Of a DNA stretch of 64,000 nt, positions 13,053 to 25,038 are shown one piece after another. This DNA comes from Vicugna vicugna (taxonomy: Eukaryota): NCBI GenBank assembly GCA_013265495.1, contig MU058636.1, forward strand, positions 6,793,741 to 6,857,740, read 5' to 3'. Every line of letters starts with the position of its first letter. The first letter of the stretch is position 1. The notes under the pieces were generated by a model. That model made no database searches, was not told the DNA's origin, and was given only the letters and a program-made list of their open reading frames with translations. Made by a program: the position numbers and the translations under genes.

Positions 13053-13999
13053 GTAAGTCTATTAAGAATAACACCACATGTTAAATAATAACCTACAGGT
13101 TATTTTTTTTAATGCTCTGTGATACATAAAGTATTAATGATATACTTTGATGATTATGTAATGTAAAGATTACCTTGTAATTCTTCAGAATTCCTAAATT
13201 GAAAAATCATAGTATCTTCACATTGGAGATTTTATGGGATTGATCTTTAATGGATTATAATTTGCAATAAAGTCAAATATATTTTGAATTGTTTCAAACA
13301 CAGTAGGACTATAACATTTTTCATTGAAGTGATTTTAATGTAAATCCATTTATGAATCCTTTTCTTGGTAAACTAAAACAGAGGATAGCTGTCCTGAGCC
13401 TGCAAGCTTATTAGAAAACTAATGACATAGTTTTATACATGTAATGCTAAAGGATAAAATTGACTCTGCCAACATCCTTGATACGTTGTCTTTTTACCCA
13501 TAATTTAACAAACTGTAAAAATCTACACGTATGTAGTTTCAGGGGAGAGGTTGTTTCTCAACCAAGGAAGGAATAAGAACTTGCTTAAAGAATAATGGAA
13601 TGAAACATGCTCTTTATGTTGTTTTGCATTTTTGTATTTTCCTGAGAGGAACCATTTCCTATCCATTGTAAGGGAGAGATTGACCACATAGAGATCCCTC
13701 TGCCAACCAGGGGGTGTGGGAAAATTTACAGCGGGCCATCACAAGCATTTCTGTTGATATTTAACAACAGGTGACAGATTGAACTTTGTGAGAAAGACAA
13801 ATATTTTTTAAATGCCTCAATGTCTTGAAAACAGCATTTATTTGGTTAAACCTTTATTTCTGAATATATTCCAAGGCTTTACTGCTGATTTCATTTTTGT
13901 TGTAATGATTCCTAGCAGATTTAGTTTTTATCATCCACAGTCAAGTTTTGTAAGTGAATAATAATGAAGCAATTATATATCGATATGTGCTGTTTACTA

Positions 14000-14170
14000 T
14001 CTAAGGATTTTTCATATACTGATTCAGTTAATCAGTGTATACTCATTTTCTAATGAGGAAACTGAGGCACAGATAGTTTAAACGACTGACCCAAGACCAC
14101 ACAACTCATAGCCAGGATTCAAACTCAGATGGCCTGATTCCAAAATTTGTACTGTTTATTACTATTCTTT
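14000..14170 (-). mobile_element. MIR SINE
   Basis: aatgaggaaactgaggcacaga...cccaagaccacacaact matches the reverse complement of the MIR core. Confidence 0.75.
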
Positions 14171-14672
14171 ACTGCTTCTTAAAATGAGTCAGTGAATGAA
14201 AAGCTTGTACTTCCTGAATGCTTGTTGACAAAGGCCGTAGGCTTTCTTACCATGAAGACAGGTGGATTTTGAGACTTGTGAGACTTGACAGTTACCGCCT
14301 GACTTGGCAGTGTTGTACCCTATATGGTCACCAAGATAGTCAAATAAGGACAATATCCTTATTATTTAAAAAATTATCAAATGTGAGTAAGTTTTTAAAA
14401 ATTTTTATTGATCCATTAATTCCAGAATTTTGAAGGGTTGAAGGGGATAGAGTAAGAAAGGATATACTGGGAACTTCAGAGGCCCTCGTAAAATTCTGTT
14501 TCTTCAGCTGGTTAGTAGTTTACGGGTAATTTGTTTTCATTTTTTGACTTCATGAATGTTTTGTATGTACTTTTTATTACTGCATTTTATAATTAAAAAA
14601 CATTTATTAATCTGATTGATTTGAAGAAGAATAATGGGATGGAGAAAATGGAAGAAAAAAAATTTTTAAATA

Positions 14673-14750
14673 TGTCAAAGTCACTAGTTTATATTAATAA
14701 AATAAAAAAAATTAAAACGTGTCAAAGTCAATAGTTTATATTAATAAAAT
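14673..14750 (+). repeat. 31-bp direct duplication just upstream of an exon acceptor
   Basis: TGTCAAAGTCA(C/A)TAGTTTATATTAATAAAAT at 14673-14703 and 14720-14750, 30/31 identical. Confidence 0.9.
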
Positions 14751-14770
14751 GTTTTTGTTTTTTAAAAAAG

Positions 14771-14901
14771 TTTGCTGTGTTGCTGTGAGAAACTGTTTAG
14801 AATGTCGGCAGAGACAGAGAGACAGGGGGACCAAACCTTCCCATGGAAGCAGTAAACCTCAAGAAGCTCCCCAAGGTGTGACTGCCACAGCAGCTTCCAA
14901 G
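14771..14901 (+). CDS. NBEA: NBEA exon, (V)CCVAVRNCLECRQR...TATAASK, 131 nt
   Basis: Acceptor tttaaaaAAG|TT and donor AAG|GTAATT. Phase 1 to 0. Confidence 0.94.
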
Positions 14902-16134
14902 GTAATTAGACATTTTCTCTGTTCAGTATAATTTATAATTTTTTTTTAAGTTTATGAAAACAAAGTGACATGGTATCACTTCATGGAAGAGTGAGGGCTT
15001 GATAATCGGATGGCTATACAGTCCGGTTCTGGCTTCTCCTCTTCAGAATTGTTACCAAGATTACTTAACCTCTCTGAGACTGGTAGTTTGTGGTTACTAA
15101 ATGAAGATATTGATAATTTCTACTTCGTAGGGTTCTTACAAGGATTATATTCATAGCACTGAAGAGTTTTTAATTATTACTATTTTTAACAGTTACATAT
15201 ATTCTCACAGAGTTCAATTTGTGAATAATGTACTTTTTAAATGGATATGCTTTGGGGGTTAAAAGTCCCATAATATTCAACAAAAATGTATTGAATGCTC
15301 GTAAAATGAATGAATGGTTTACAGTATCTTGGAATGCCTCAGTGGTTCTCATTCTGTTAGTTCTCTTTATTGTATGTTTAGCTGACCATTTGCATCACTT
15401 CCAGAGTTGCAGTAACATGACTTTTAGGTCCTACATAACTGACCCTTGCTTAACTTCAGCTACAGCTTGGATCTCCTGACCCTTGCTTTTACCATTCTAG
15501 TCACATTGTAGACTTCATGCAGTTCATCAGAAGAATTTTTTTTTTTTAATCTTTAGACTTTGGCATAGCTTCGCTTTTCTTGAAATGTCCATCCTTATTT
15601 TTCACTCCATTGCATCTGTTCCACTCTTGGCCTTAGCTTAAGTTTAACTCTCTGAGGGAAACGTTTTCTGATAGCTTCCTTGGCACCTCAAGCTAGGGGA
15701 GGTTTCTCTGTTTGATATTTTCTTAAAATCTAATAGGTCTCTTATCATTTGCTGTATTTGTATTAGATGTTTGATAGCGACACAGTGGTTTTTTGCTCAA
15801 TGAGTGAAGGCATGAAGTAAAAGTTTAATTCATTAAAAGTTCTGTGGCTTCAAATTTCTGCAGTTTTCAAGCAAAACAACCACACATTTAGTATAATTGT
15901 TTTGCAACCTCACTTTTTCATCACTGTTTAGAGACACATTCCTGAAATAATTAGGCCATATATTATTTAACTGCTGACAAGGTTCTCCGTTGCTTTGAAA
16001 ATTAAATATAAACACATCAGCAGTAACGCTTCATGTTATTTGTGTAGGGATAGGAGACCGTATGTTACTTGTCCATATCTTATACACATTTGTAGTTATA
16101 AATATACACGTGTATGGCCCTATGAGTACTTTAT

Positions 16135-16370
16135 CAAAAGAACACAAAGTCTGGAATCAGACAATTCTGACTTTGTACCCTGGCTCTACCACTTTGTGGT
16201 TTTGTGACCCAAGACCAATTCCTTAGTCTCCTGTGCCTTAGTTTTCCAGTCTTTAAAATTGGTATATATCTTAATTTATAAGGTATTTGTATGAATTAAA
16301 TAAAACACAGTAATGTGTTGAAGTACTTAGTAATTCCAGAAATGCAGTGAAAAGTCAATTAATACTAATT
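16135..16370 (+). mobile_element. MIR SINE
   Basis: ctggaatcagac...ccctggctctaccact...tgtgcctTagttttcc...aaaattgg is MIR-like. Confidence 0.7.
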
Positions 16371-18013
16371 CCCTTCCTCTCTCTAGGAGTTAGCTACTAC
16401 ATATATATATACTCATGAAGTGAATAAATAAGTTAGTATTTTTGTGAACTTAGATTTTAAAGGTTTCTGTCAGTGGACAAGAGGGAGTTTTTCAAGTCTG
16501 TCAAATCAAGCATCACACTGATGATTATAGAAAATGGACAGAAAAGCTCAGTGAGAGGGAAATTCATAGTAACTTTGTTGAGCTATTCAGTGTCTCTCTA
16601 GCAAGACTTTGGCAATGAAAAATGGATAAGTGATGGATATAGAAATACTAGGGGAAAATTTGAGTTGGTACGAAAACACTTTTCAGAATAGAGAATCAGT
16701 GAACCTAGTTGGTTTTTCTCCCTGTTTTTGTGCATTTTTAGTGTGGCAACTGAGTAAGTAAATTCATAGTTAATTTTGGTGTGTTACTAACCTGTGTGGA
16801 CTTGCATTAACTACACATTTTCATCAGGCCTCATTTTTCCTACTTTGTAAAAAAGAGCAATGATATAAGCTTTTCCTATAAAAAAAAGTCTCAGATTATG
16901 GACATGTAAATACTTTATAAACTGTAAAATAGTGTATAAATTAAAATTATATAAATTTTTCATCTATGCTATAAATAGTGTATTATTTCTTTAATCATCC
17001 TGTGATAAAGATAATTAGCCTATTATTTAGATATAGCTGAGATTCAGAGAGGTTAAATATCTCACCTAAGGTCATATGGCTGGTAAATTATGGAATTGTG
17101 AAGGAAGCCAAATAACTATCAACCTTCAAATACCATACTCTTTCCACTATGCTGTGCTGCAAAGGAATCAAAGGTCTTAATTTAAGAGTGAAGTAGCATA
17201 ATTGAGGCTTATAGAGAAATAGAAGGAGGCTTATTACTTATTTTTAATTAGAGTAACAAGTTACTCTATGTGTAGGAATTGTATTTGGTACTTTACATAT
17301 ATCATCTAATTTAATCCACACAATTTTTAACATATTTTGTAAGTGAAAAAATGCTAGGTTGGGTTTCAGAATTCTGGCTGTCTCACAAGTTTGCTGTGTG
17401 ACATATTACCTAAAACTTGTGGATTTTTGTATCTTCAACTATAGGAAGGATTTTTAAGGTGATTATCTTTAATGTCTTTCAGCTTTAATATTAAGGCTGC
17501 AACTAAAATTTTTTCTTACCGTTTCTAACTTTTTGTAGGTCATGAAATGCTTACACACATGAAAGCTCATGTAATAATGTAATATAATAATCTCATACAT
17601 TATAAAAGCATGATGGATAAATGAACTCGATGACTCAAAGAGATTTATTAACTAGAGGTACAGAATGTGAAGCTCACAAAAATGTAGTAACAAGCTTGAG
17701 GTCACATGGCGGAGATGTGAGCCCAGAGTATAAGAGCAATCTTCTTCTGCCACAGTCTCCCAGCCTTTCTGAGTCTATAGTGGTAGCTGTGCTGATAAAG
17801 AATGGGAAGAACACTAGGAAGCGAAAACAGGACAAGAGTAGAGGGGAAAGGGAAAGTGCTTGGTAATAGAGCATGGCTGTCAGCGAGTGTTCAGTGATGA
17901 GGGGAAGGGAAGAATCTGGCCAGCTTAATGCCTAAATTAAAGGGATTAGAAAGTATACTGCTATGTAAGTTTCTACAGTATACTATTTTTTCAAAATTCT
18001 GTCTTTTTTCAAG

Positions 18014-18121
18014 ACTCCCCTGGAGAATGTTACAGGTAACCTGTCTCCGATTAAGGATCCTGATAGACTTCTTCAGGATGTGGATATCAACCGCCTTCGT
18101 GCTGTTGTCTTTCGGGATGTG
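18014..18121 (+). CDS. NBEA: NBEA exon, [36 protein letters not shown], 108 nt
   Basis: Acceptor ttttttcAAG|ACT and donor GTG|GTAAGT. Phase 0-0. Translated by hand. Confidence 0.95.
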
Positions 18122-19099
18122 GTAAGTTATGCCCGCCTGATTTTCCAGAAGAAAGCTTTCCACTGACATTTGTGTAAAATAATTTAAAATTTAGAAGAAA
18201 GCTGCATGTTAAAACTAAATGCCCTAGTGTCAGGGATTGTAGGTTTATAACATACTTCTGTTTGTAAAATGGTTGCGTTTAGCTTTCTCTGAAAACTTAT
18301 TGATATGTAATTTTTTAATGATGTGACAATGTTGTTTCATTTGTATGTATACTAAGAAATGGAATAACTTTGCAAATTATAATTGACTTTATCTTGAATC
18401 TGCTACTCCTGTCTTTTGGAATTCCTTGCTCCATCTCTAGATACTGAATGTATTGTTATCGATGTTCCTTGTATTGTGGATAGAAGGAATTAATTCATTA
18501 AGGTGTTATTGGCAATTACTTTGAGGGGCAGTTACTTTTGAGAGAAGAATCTGCATTTAAAAATATACTTATCAACGGGAATTTGAGTTAAGTTGCTTAA
18601 TAAAGCTTAAGGAAAAGAAAGCTTAAAGAAATGGTTGCATGGAACCCTCCCAATATATGATCACTTATTCATAGTAAGTAAAAATAAAATTGGCCTTTCC
18701 ACAAGTTGTGTAGAAACATACAAAGCATTTCACAGCAGACTCATTATCGGCAGTGCTCCTTAATCTGGTTACTATTTACTAGCCATTTTGGATCCTGTTT
18801 ATCTTATTTTAATTGATGATTTATGAAACGTAGAAGGAAGTTTATATTTTACATTTTAAATTTACATTTAACATGTTACATTTTACATGTAACATGTTAC
18901 ATGTTACATTTAAATTTACATTTAACAATAAATTGAATGGAGTACTTTATACATGAGAAAGTGGTTAAAATATATTTAAAAACAGCATAATGCTGCATGG
19001 TATATGGGATAGAAAAAATTGTCACTCTCTTAAATATATAACAGTTTTTATAAATCACTAGGAAATTTAGAAACATACCAACAGAAGAATAGGCAGTGG

Positions 19100-19790
19100 A
19101 CATAAAATATGAAAAATAAGGTAACAAACACATGATTTAAAAGCTAATATTGCCAGTAGTCAAAGAAATGCAAATTAATACAACAGTGAGATATTTTTAC
19201 TATTAAATAAACAAAAATTTTTATATAATAATATCTATTATTACAAGAGTGCACTGAAACATGCTCCATCACTTATCACTGGTAGGAGTATAAACTGGAT
19301 ACACTTTCTGAATAGCTGTTTATCAATGTGTGTTAAAATCTTAGAAATATTGATGCTGATGACCAGTGGTTCTACTCAAGCTATTTAACCTCATGTGCTC
19401 ATCAGAGCTGCCTACAGGAAAATTGACAACATTATAAATATCTAACATAGCGCTTAATAAATCATAGTATATTCATTTAGCAAGAAACCATGCAGCTATT
19501 AAAATCATATTTTTGAGGAGAACTTAGTGACATGTAAAATGCTTATGATATATTTTAAAAGAAAGCAGCACTATACAAAGTATTTATATTACACAGAAGC
19601 TATATTTGTATGTTAAGTGGACGTACATGCACATGTGCACCTTTATTTATTTTTTAAAAGTCTAGGAAAAATACACCAAAATGTTACCAGCTATTATCTC
19701 TAGGTAAACAGTTTTTGTTTGGTAGGTTTTTCGTATTTTCAAATTTTCTGTAATAAACCTGTTTTTGTAATTAGCAAAAAATAAAGGAAT
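19100..19790 (+). mobile_element. Old L1 (L1M/L1ME-like) 3' fragment
   Basis: gaaatgcaaattaatacaacagtgagata and ctggtaggagtataaactgg motifs typical of the L1 ORF2 end and 3' UTR. No ORF. Confidence 0.65.
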
Positions 19791-22027
19791 TTTTAAAAAT
19801 AGGAGATAAAACACATAATAGCATAAAAACCATGATGTAAGAAAGAAACTCTCCATAATCTGGAGTTGAATCCGGACGTGGAAGAGAATTATTTACTAAC
19901 AGTTTAACCATTTAGAAATGGGAATTATTTATCCTGAAAAAAATGTGTTATGGAAAGAATTTTTTTTGTTTTAAATGAAGGATGATTTAAACCAGGAGCA
20001 TGTCTTCTTCATCTCCAGGAGACTCACTCAGACCTAATGTAGAAGGGGTTTTTGGTAAGAGTGACATTGCATTTAAATTGTTAGTAAATTCTGCATTGGG
20101 TTATTGAGGTAGATTATGATAATTATTCTAATATCCATACATGTTTTTTATCTATGTTGGATAATCAAGCAGTGATGCTTATTACCTTTCTCCCTGAAGG
20201 AAGGGAAGTAGTGTTCCCAGTTGTACCTTCCACATGATCAAGGTAACATAACTTGTGTTCACTGAGTTTATACTGTGTATGAGACACAATATATATTATC
20301 CTAAGCTTCCAGTAAAAGGTTAAGAGAAAGCTAAGGTTCAGAAACATTGAGGTGACACAGCTAGTGTGAGATCAAGTCAGAATCCCAAGGTAGATTTTTT
20401 CAAAGCATACTTCTTAAAATCTAAGACACATTTCTTTTTTTCATTGTAAATAATCTCTGAAATTCAGAAATTCATATAACAAATATAATTTACAACTGCT
20501 AAACTTTAGAGTCAATTGTAGATATACTCAGATTTCTCCTTGACTTTTGAAATTTTTATGAATCAAGTCATTTTTAGTTGCCTTAATTTCAAAAGCAAAT
20601 AAGATCAAAAACTAGATTTCTAAGGAAAATATACTATGTATAATATGTGATGTATATGTATATAGAAAAGCTGTCTATTACCCACAGAATATGAAATACT
20701 AAATTCATAATATTTCATAACAAAATTAATCTACTTTGGTCATTTTCTCCACTAGCTGTACTAATTCTGCTTCATAGTATTAAAGCATCAGTAAATATTT
20801 CTCATTTGCTTTCTTTTCTGACAACTGCATATAAATTTTGAATCTTGTTCACATTGTGCTTAAATGATGTAAAATTATAAAATGCCTGTTTTGGAGACAC
20901 TAGGTATCAATGTGTGTTTGTTTTCCTTATTCCCAGCATACTATTTTTTGCCTGCTATCCATGGGCCACAGTAATTACTTGCTGTTTTGATTTGAAGCAT
21001 CACTTTTACCTAGCCTAGAAAACAGGCTTAATAGCCATTTGTGTATGATTCCTTAGATACGGTCTAATTTGGAAGTAGTGTTAGAAATCATTTAAATTTG
21101 CCTTCTCAACAGTTTTTCCCTGTAGGATGATTGTCTAGGCTTTATGGATAGAGCTCTCAAGGTTATATGCAGCTCTTTATATTTTTGTAAAGCATACTTA
21201 ATATCTTCCTTACTAGACTGCAACCTGCTTTTTTAAAACTATTCTTTTTATCCTAACTTGGCCCATCTTTTTCAGACCTTTTACACTTTGCTGTTCTCCC
21301 CTGGAAAAACTCCATTTGTCCCTAAGCTTTTGAAATTGGGATCCTCAAATATTGGCAATGTTTTAGAGGTTTCCAGTGCAGAATTTTGGGACCGTTACTT
21401 CTTTTTATCTGTTTATATAGTCAAACATTGCGTTAACTTTTTCTTAAGCTGCCATATCACACTTTTAGCTCATACTGAACTTGTATAAAATTCATGTTTT
21501 ATGCACCCCCATTTTTATCTTTCCTATTTTTTACGCATATTGTTTCCTGCTCAAATAGTGATGTTAGAATTGTATGTGTATTCCCATTGTAATTTTATTC
21601 TGTTAATTTTTTGTTATAACATTTGAAACTCTTGACTTTTTTATCCAGCCATTAAATTATTCTTTTCAAGGTTGTACATCTGCGTATTTCATAAACATTC
21701 ATTCTCGGTTGTTACAAAAGTAATGGATAATAGTGGTGAAGAGGACAAAGAATAAAATTTTGTGGCACATTCAGCAAAATTTTAACATTCTCATATTTTG
21801 AAGTTACATTTCAGCCTATCAGAGAATATATTTCTGGAGTTCTGCATCTAGACTTAAGTGATAGTTATTAAACAGTAATATATATATACATACCTAGCAA
21901 GTTTTAATAAAAGTTAAATGTCATATTTTGCTTCCATACAGAAAATGAAACAGGAATAGCTTTCTGTACTCTTTAGAATTTATACTTTAAAATTTTGAGT
22001 GTCAAGCTGCCCTTTGGTTTCACGCAG

Positions 22028-22196
22028 GACGATAGCAAGCAGGCGCAGTTCTTAGCGCTAGCTGTCGTTTACTTCATCTCCGTTCTGATGGTTTCCAAGT
22101 ATCGCGACATTTTGGAGCCCCAGCGAGAGACTGCGAGAGCTGGAAGCCAGCCAGGTAGAAACATCAGACAAGAAATAAATTCGCCAACAAGTACAG
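22028..22196 (+). CDS. NBEA: NBEA exon, [16 protein letters not shown]...QEINSPTST, 169 nt
   Basis: Acceptor ttcacgCAG|GAC and donor CAG|GTACTT. Phase 0 to 1. Confidence 0.95.
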
Positions 22197-23642
22197 GTAC
22201 TTAATATTTGTCTAATTATTTGAATTTTCATCATCATTTATCTCTCTTATTTCATTTTTACATCCAGATTTAAACTGGTCCTAGTCATAATAACCTCAAA
22301 TATTTATAAAGTAGGTGGTATATAAGTGCCAGTCTGGTATTTTAAATTAATAAAAATGTATGAATATTTCCATAATATTTACTATATTCTCATTTGTTCA
22401 GAGATTTTTGGTTTTAAGTTTTCCGTTTATTAATACAAATCATTTATACTCCCATTTATCATGAAAATAACTCATATATTTTAAATGTTATTTTTAACCA
22501 TTATAAACATATGCAAATAGACAGTCCTAACAGAGTAGTTAGTTCATGACCAACAATAAGCCAAAATAGAGATCTTTACAGCCAAGTTCAAAGATAGCAT
22601 TTCTCTTTCTTTTTCTTTCTTTCTTCCTTTTTTCCCTTTCTTTCACTGTGTATAGTTATTTCAGCATCTAAATATTACATTAGCAATTCATAATTAAACA
22701 TATATTCTAAACTTTATACAAAACAAAGACTTGTAGACAACAATGACCCCAAATCTTGGGTCATGTCTTTCTCACCTATAAAAGATGTTCATGTTGTAGG
22801 AGTTTGTATTATTAGCTTTGTCTCCTCTACTTGAAAATGATTAACACATTTTCTGGCAATTAATATTTTAATATCATGGGGTTCCTTCTATCAATTGCAT
22901 TTCCTGCCAGGTGTTTACATCAAGATTATTTCTCTGTTGTTTGCAGTGTAACCGTAATAACCAGTGGTTATTTCCTGTGCCACTGGATTAATCTGTAATA
23001 AAATTACCTTTCCTAAATAAATTCATGTGATATATAAATAAAATGAATATTTTTAAAAATGAGTAGAAATTAGTGGTCAAATCTCTGCATTTTATCATCC
23101 ATAATCATGTCATATTTCATTTACATTTCATTACTGTTGTGGAAATACAGATGTTTAACTATAATACTGTGGTGTTGCATGCTGTATTTATTTTAAGTAC
23201 ATAAGCATGATGTTATTTCTTTGGAGTATACTTTTACTTTGAACTTTATTCTTCAAATTAAACGTTATCCTTCCATTCCGGTTTATGTCTTTTGACCATT
23301 TAAGACACTGAGACTTTATATGTTAGTCAACGTTCTTCATTTTTAATGCATTCATAACAGTCATATATGTATAAAACAAGCAATATTTTAGGGAACCTTC
23401 CAGTTCTGGTTTTCTCATGTGTTTGTATGTCTCTGTGTATGTTGCTTAAATTGTTCTACTTAACAAGTATATTATTTCCTTTCTCTTAATACATAACCTC
23501 TTTCCTTCCTCCAGAGATGCAGTCTTTATTGCTAGTACTGTTTGCATGTTGCAGTGATATAGAATTGTCTTGGATCTTCAGTGGACCATGTTGCAGGTTG
23601 TTACATGCTGGCTCAAATTTGACTCCATGATTTTCTCCACAG

Positions 23643-23738
23643 TTGTGGTCATACCATCTATCCCTCATCCAAGTCTGAACCATGGATTCCTTGCCAAGTT
23701 AATTCCTGAGCAGAGCTTTGCCCACTCATTTTACAAAG
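23643..23738 (+). CDS. NBEA: NBEA 96-nt symmetric exon, (V)VVIPSIPHPSLNHGFLAKLIPEQSFAHSFYK; probable cassette exon
   Basis: Acceptor ttttctccaCAG|TT and donor AAG|GTAATA. Phase 1-1, so skipping preserves frame. Peptide matches recalled NBEA. Confidence 0.92.
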
Positions 23739-23959
23739 GTAATATTGACCTCATCTCCTGACCTGTTTGGGTATTCTTATTTCACCTTTTCATCAGTTAT
23801 TATACAATAAACATCCATAATGTAATTGTTTATAAAGAAGTATATACCTCAGGTGTCATGGAGATATGATACACTGTGTTTATACCTGGCTATTGAGAGC
23901 AAAATAGAGATTTTATATTTGTATCCCATCATATTTAAGTATCATCTGCATATTAAGGA

Positions 23960-24530
23960 TACCTAATTATATGTATAATAATATATACAATGGTACCATT
24001 CACTGGAGATTGCAGAAGAGTCCCACTTTATATTAGCAGGACTAAATTAGTCCTAAAATAAAGGCCACTGTAGCCTCACAAGAAAAATTTAAAAACAAGC
24101 CTTGCAAGCATCAAACTGACCTATAAGTTATTTAGCTTTGTTAGAACAAAGTTCTAGCTCTTTTTAAAGGAATACAAAAATTTCTTCACCAAACAGTGTA
24201 AAATTCAACATTAAGCATTCCATAAAAATGTTTAAATGTGCAAAGGAGCAAGAAAATATGATGCATAAGCTGAAGAAAAAATGTTAGTCGATAGAAACAG
24301 ATTCAGAAAGGATAGAGATAGCCGAATTGTCAGATAAGGACACCCGAACAGCTATTTTAAGTATGTTTAGGATGTTTTTCAATCTAAAGGAAAAAGTGAA
24401 TATAATGAGAAAAATGGAGGATTTGTTTTCTTCTAAAGAACCAATTGGAACTTTGAGAGATGAAAAATAAAATAGCCATAATGATATCTCTGGGTAATGT
24501 TAACATGAGATTAGTCTCTGCAGAACACAG
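23960..24530 (+). mobile_element. Old L1M 5'/ORF1-region fragment
   Basis: A-rich degenerate sequence (gaattgtcagataaggac...acagctattttaagtatgtt, aaccaattggaactt) resembling L1M ORF1-proximal sequence. Confidence 0.5.
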
Positions 24531-24533
24531 GAT

Positions 24534-25038
24534 TGTGGTGAGTCAAAATATGCTCCCATCCCTCCACCCCAAGTTTTTCCCATGTACACACCCTGCCTAA
24601 TTCCTGGGACATTGAATATGATGGAATTTACTCTTGTGACTAAGTTATATATGTCAGAACAGTTGCTTTTAAGAAAAGCTGATTATACAAGTAGCCCTGA
24701 CCCAATTACATGAGCCCTGTAAAAACAGAAGGTTTTCTCTGGCTAGTTTAGAACAGGAAGTGAGAGACTCAAAGTGTTAGAGGGATTTGACATAAGGAAG
24801 TTCTTCACTTCTGAGACGGAGGTGACTGTGCAACAAAGACTTGAGATCACCTTGTAGGAGCTGACAGCACCTCCCAGCTGATGTTCAGCAAGAAAGAGGG
24901 GGGACTTAAACCTACAACAAGTAACTGAATTCTGCCGATGACTGAAGTAAGTGTAGAGAGGGCCCTCAGCTCCAGATAATAACCACTGTTCAGTGTACTT
25001 CCTACACTGGGTAATGATATGGAAGGCCAACTAATAGA
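24534..25038 (+). mobile_element. MLT1-family (ERVL-MaLR) solo LTR
   Basis: Begins TGTGGTgagtcaaaatatgctccc and ends aactaataga; internal gacccaattacatgagccct. About 500 bp. Confidence 0.7.

Noticed and set aside
23739..23811. In-frame read-through to TGA (23759) followed by AATAAA (23806) as an intronic poly(A) isoform
   Set aside because: AATAAA is very frequent in this AT-rich DNA and there is no further evidence without 3'-end data.
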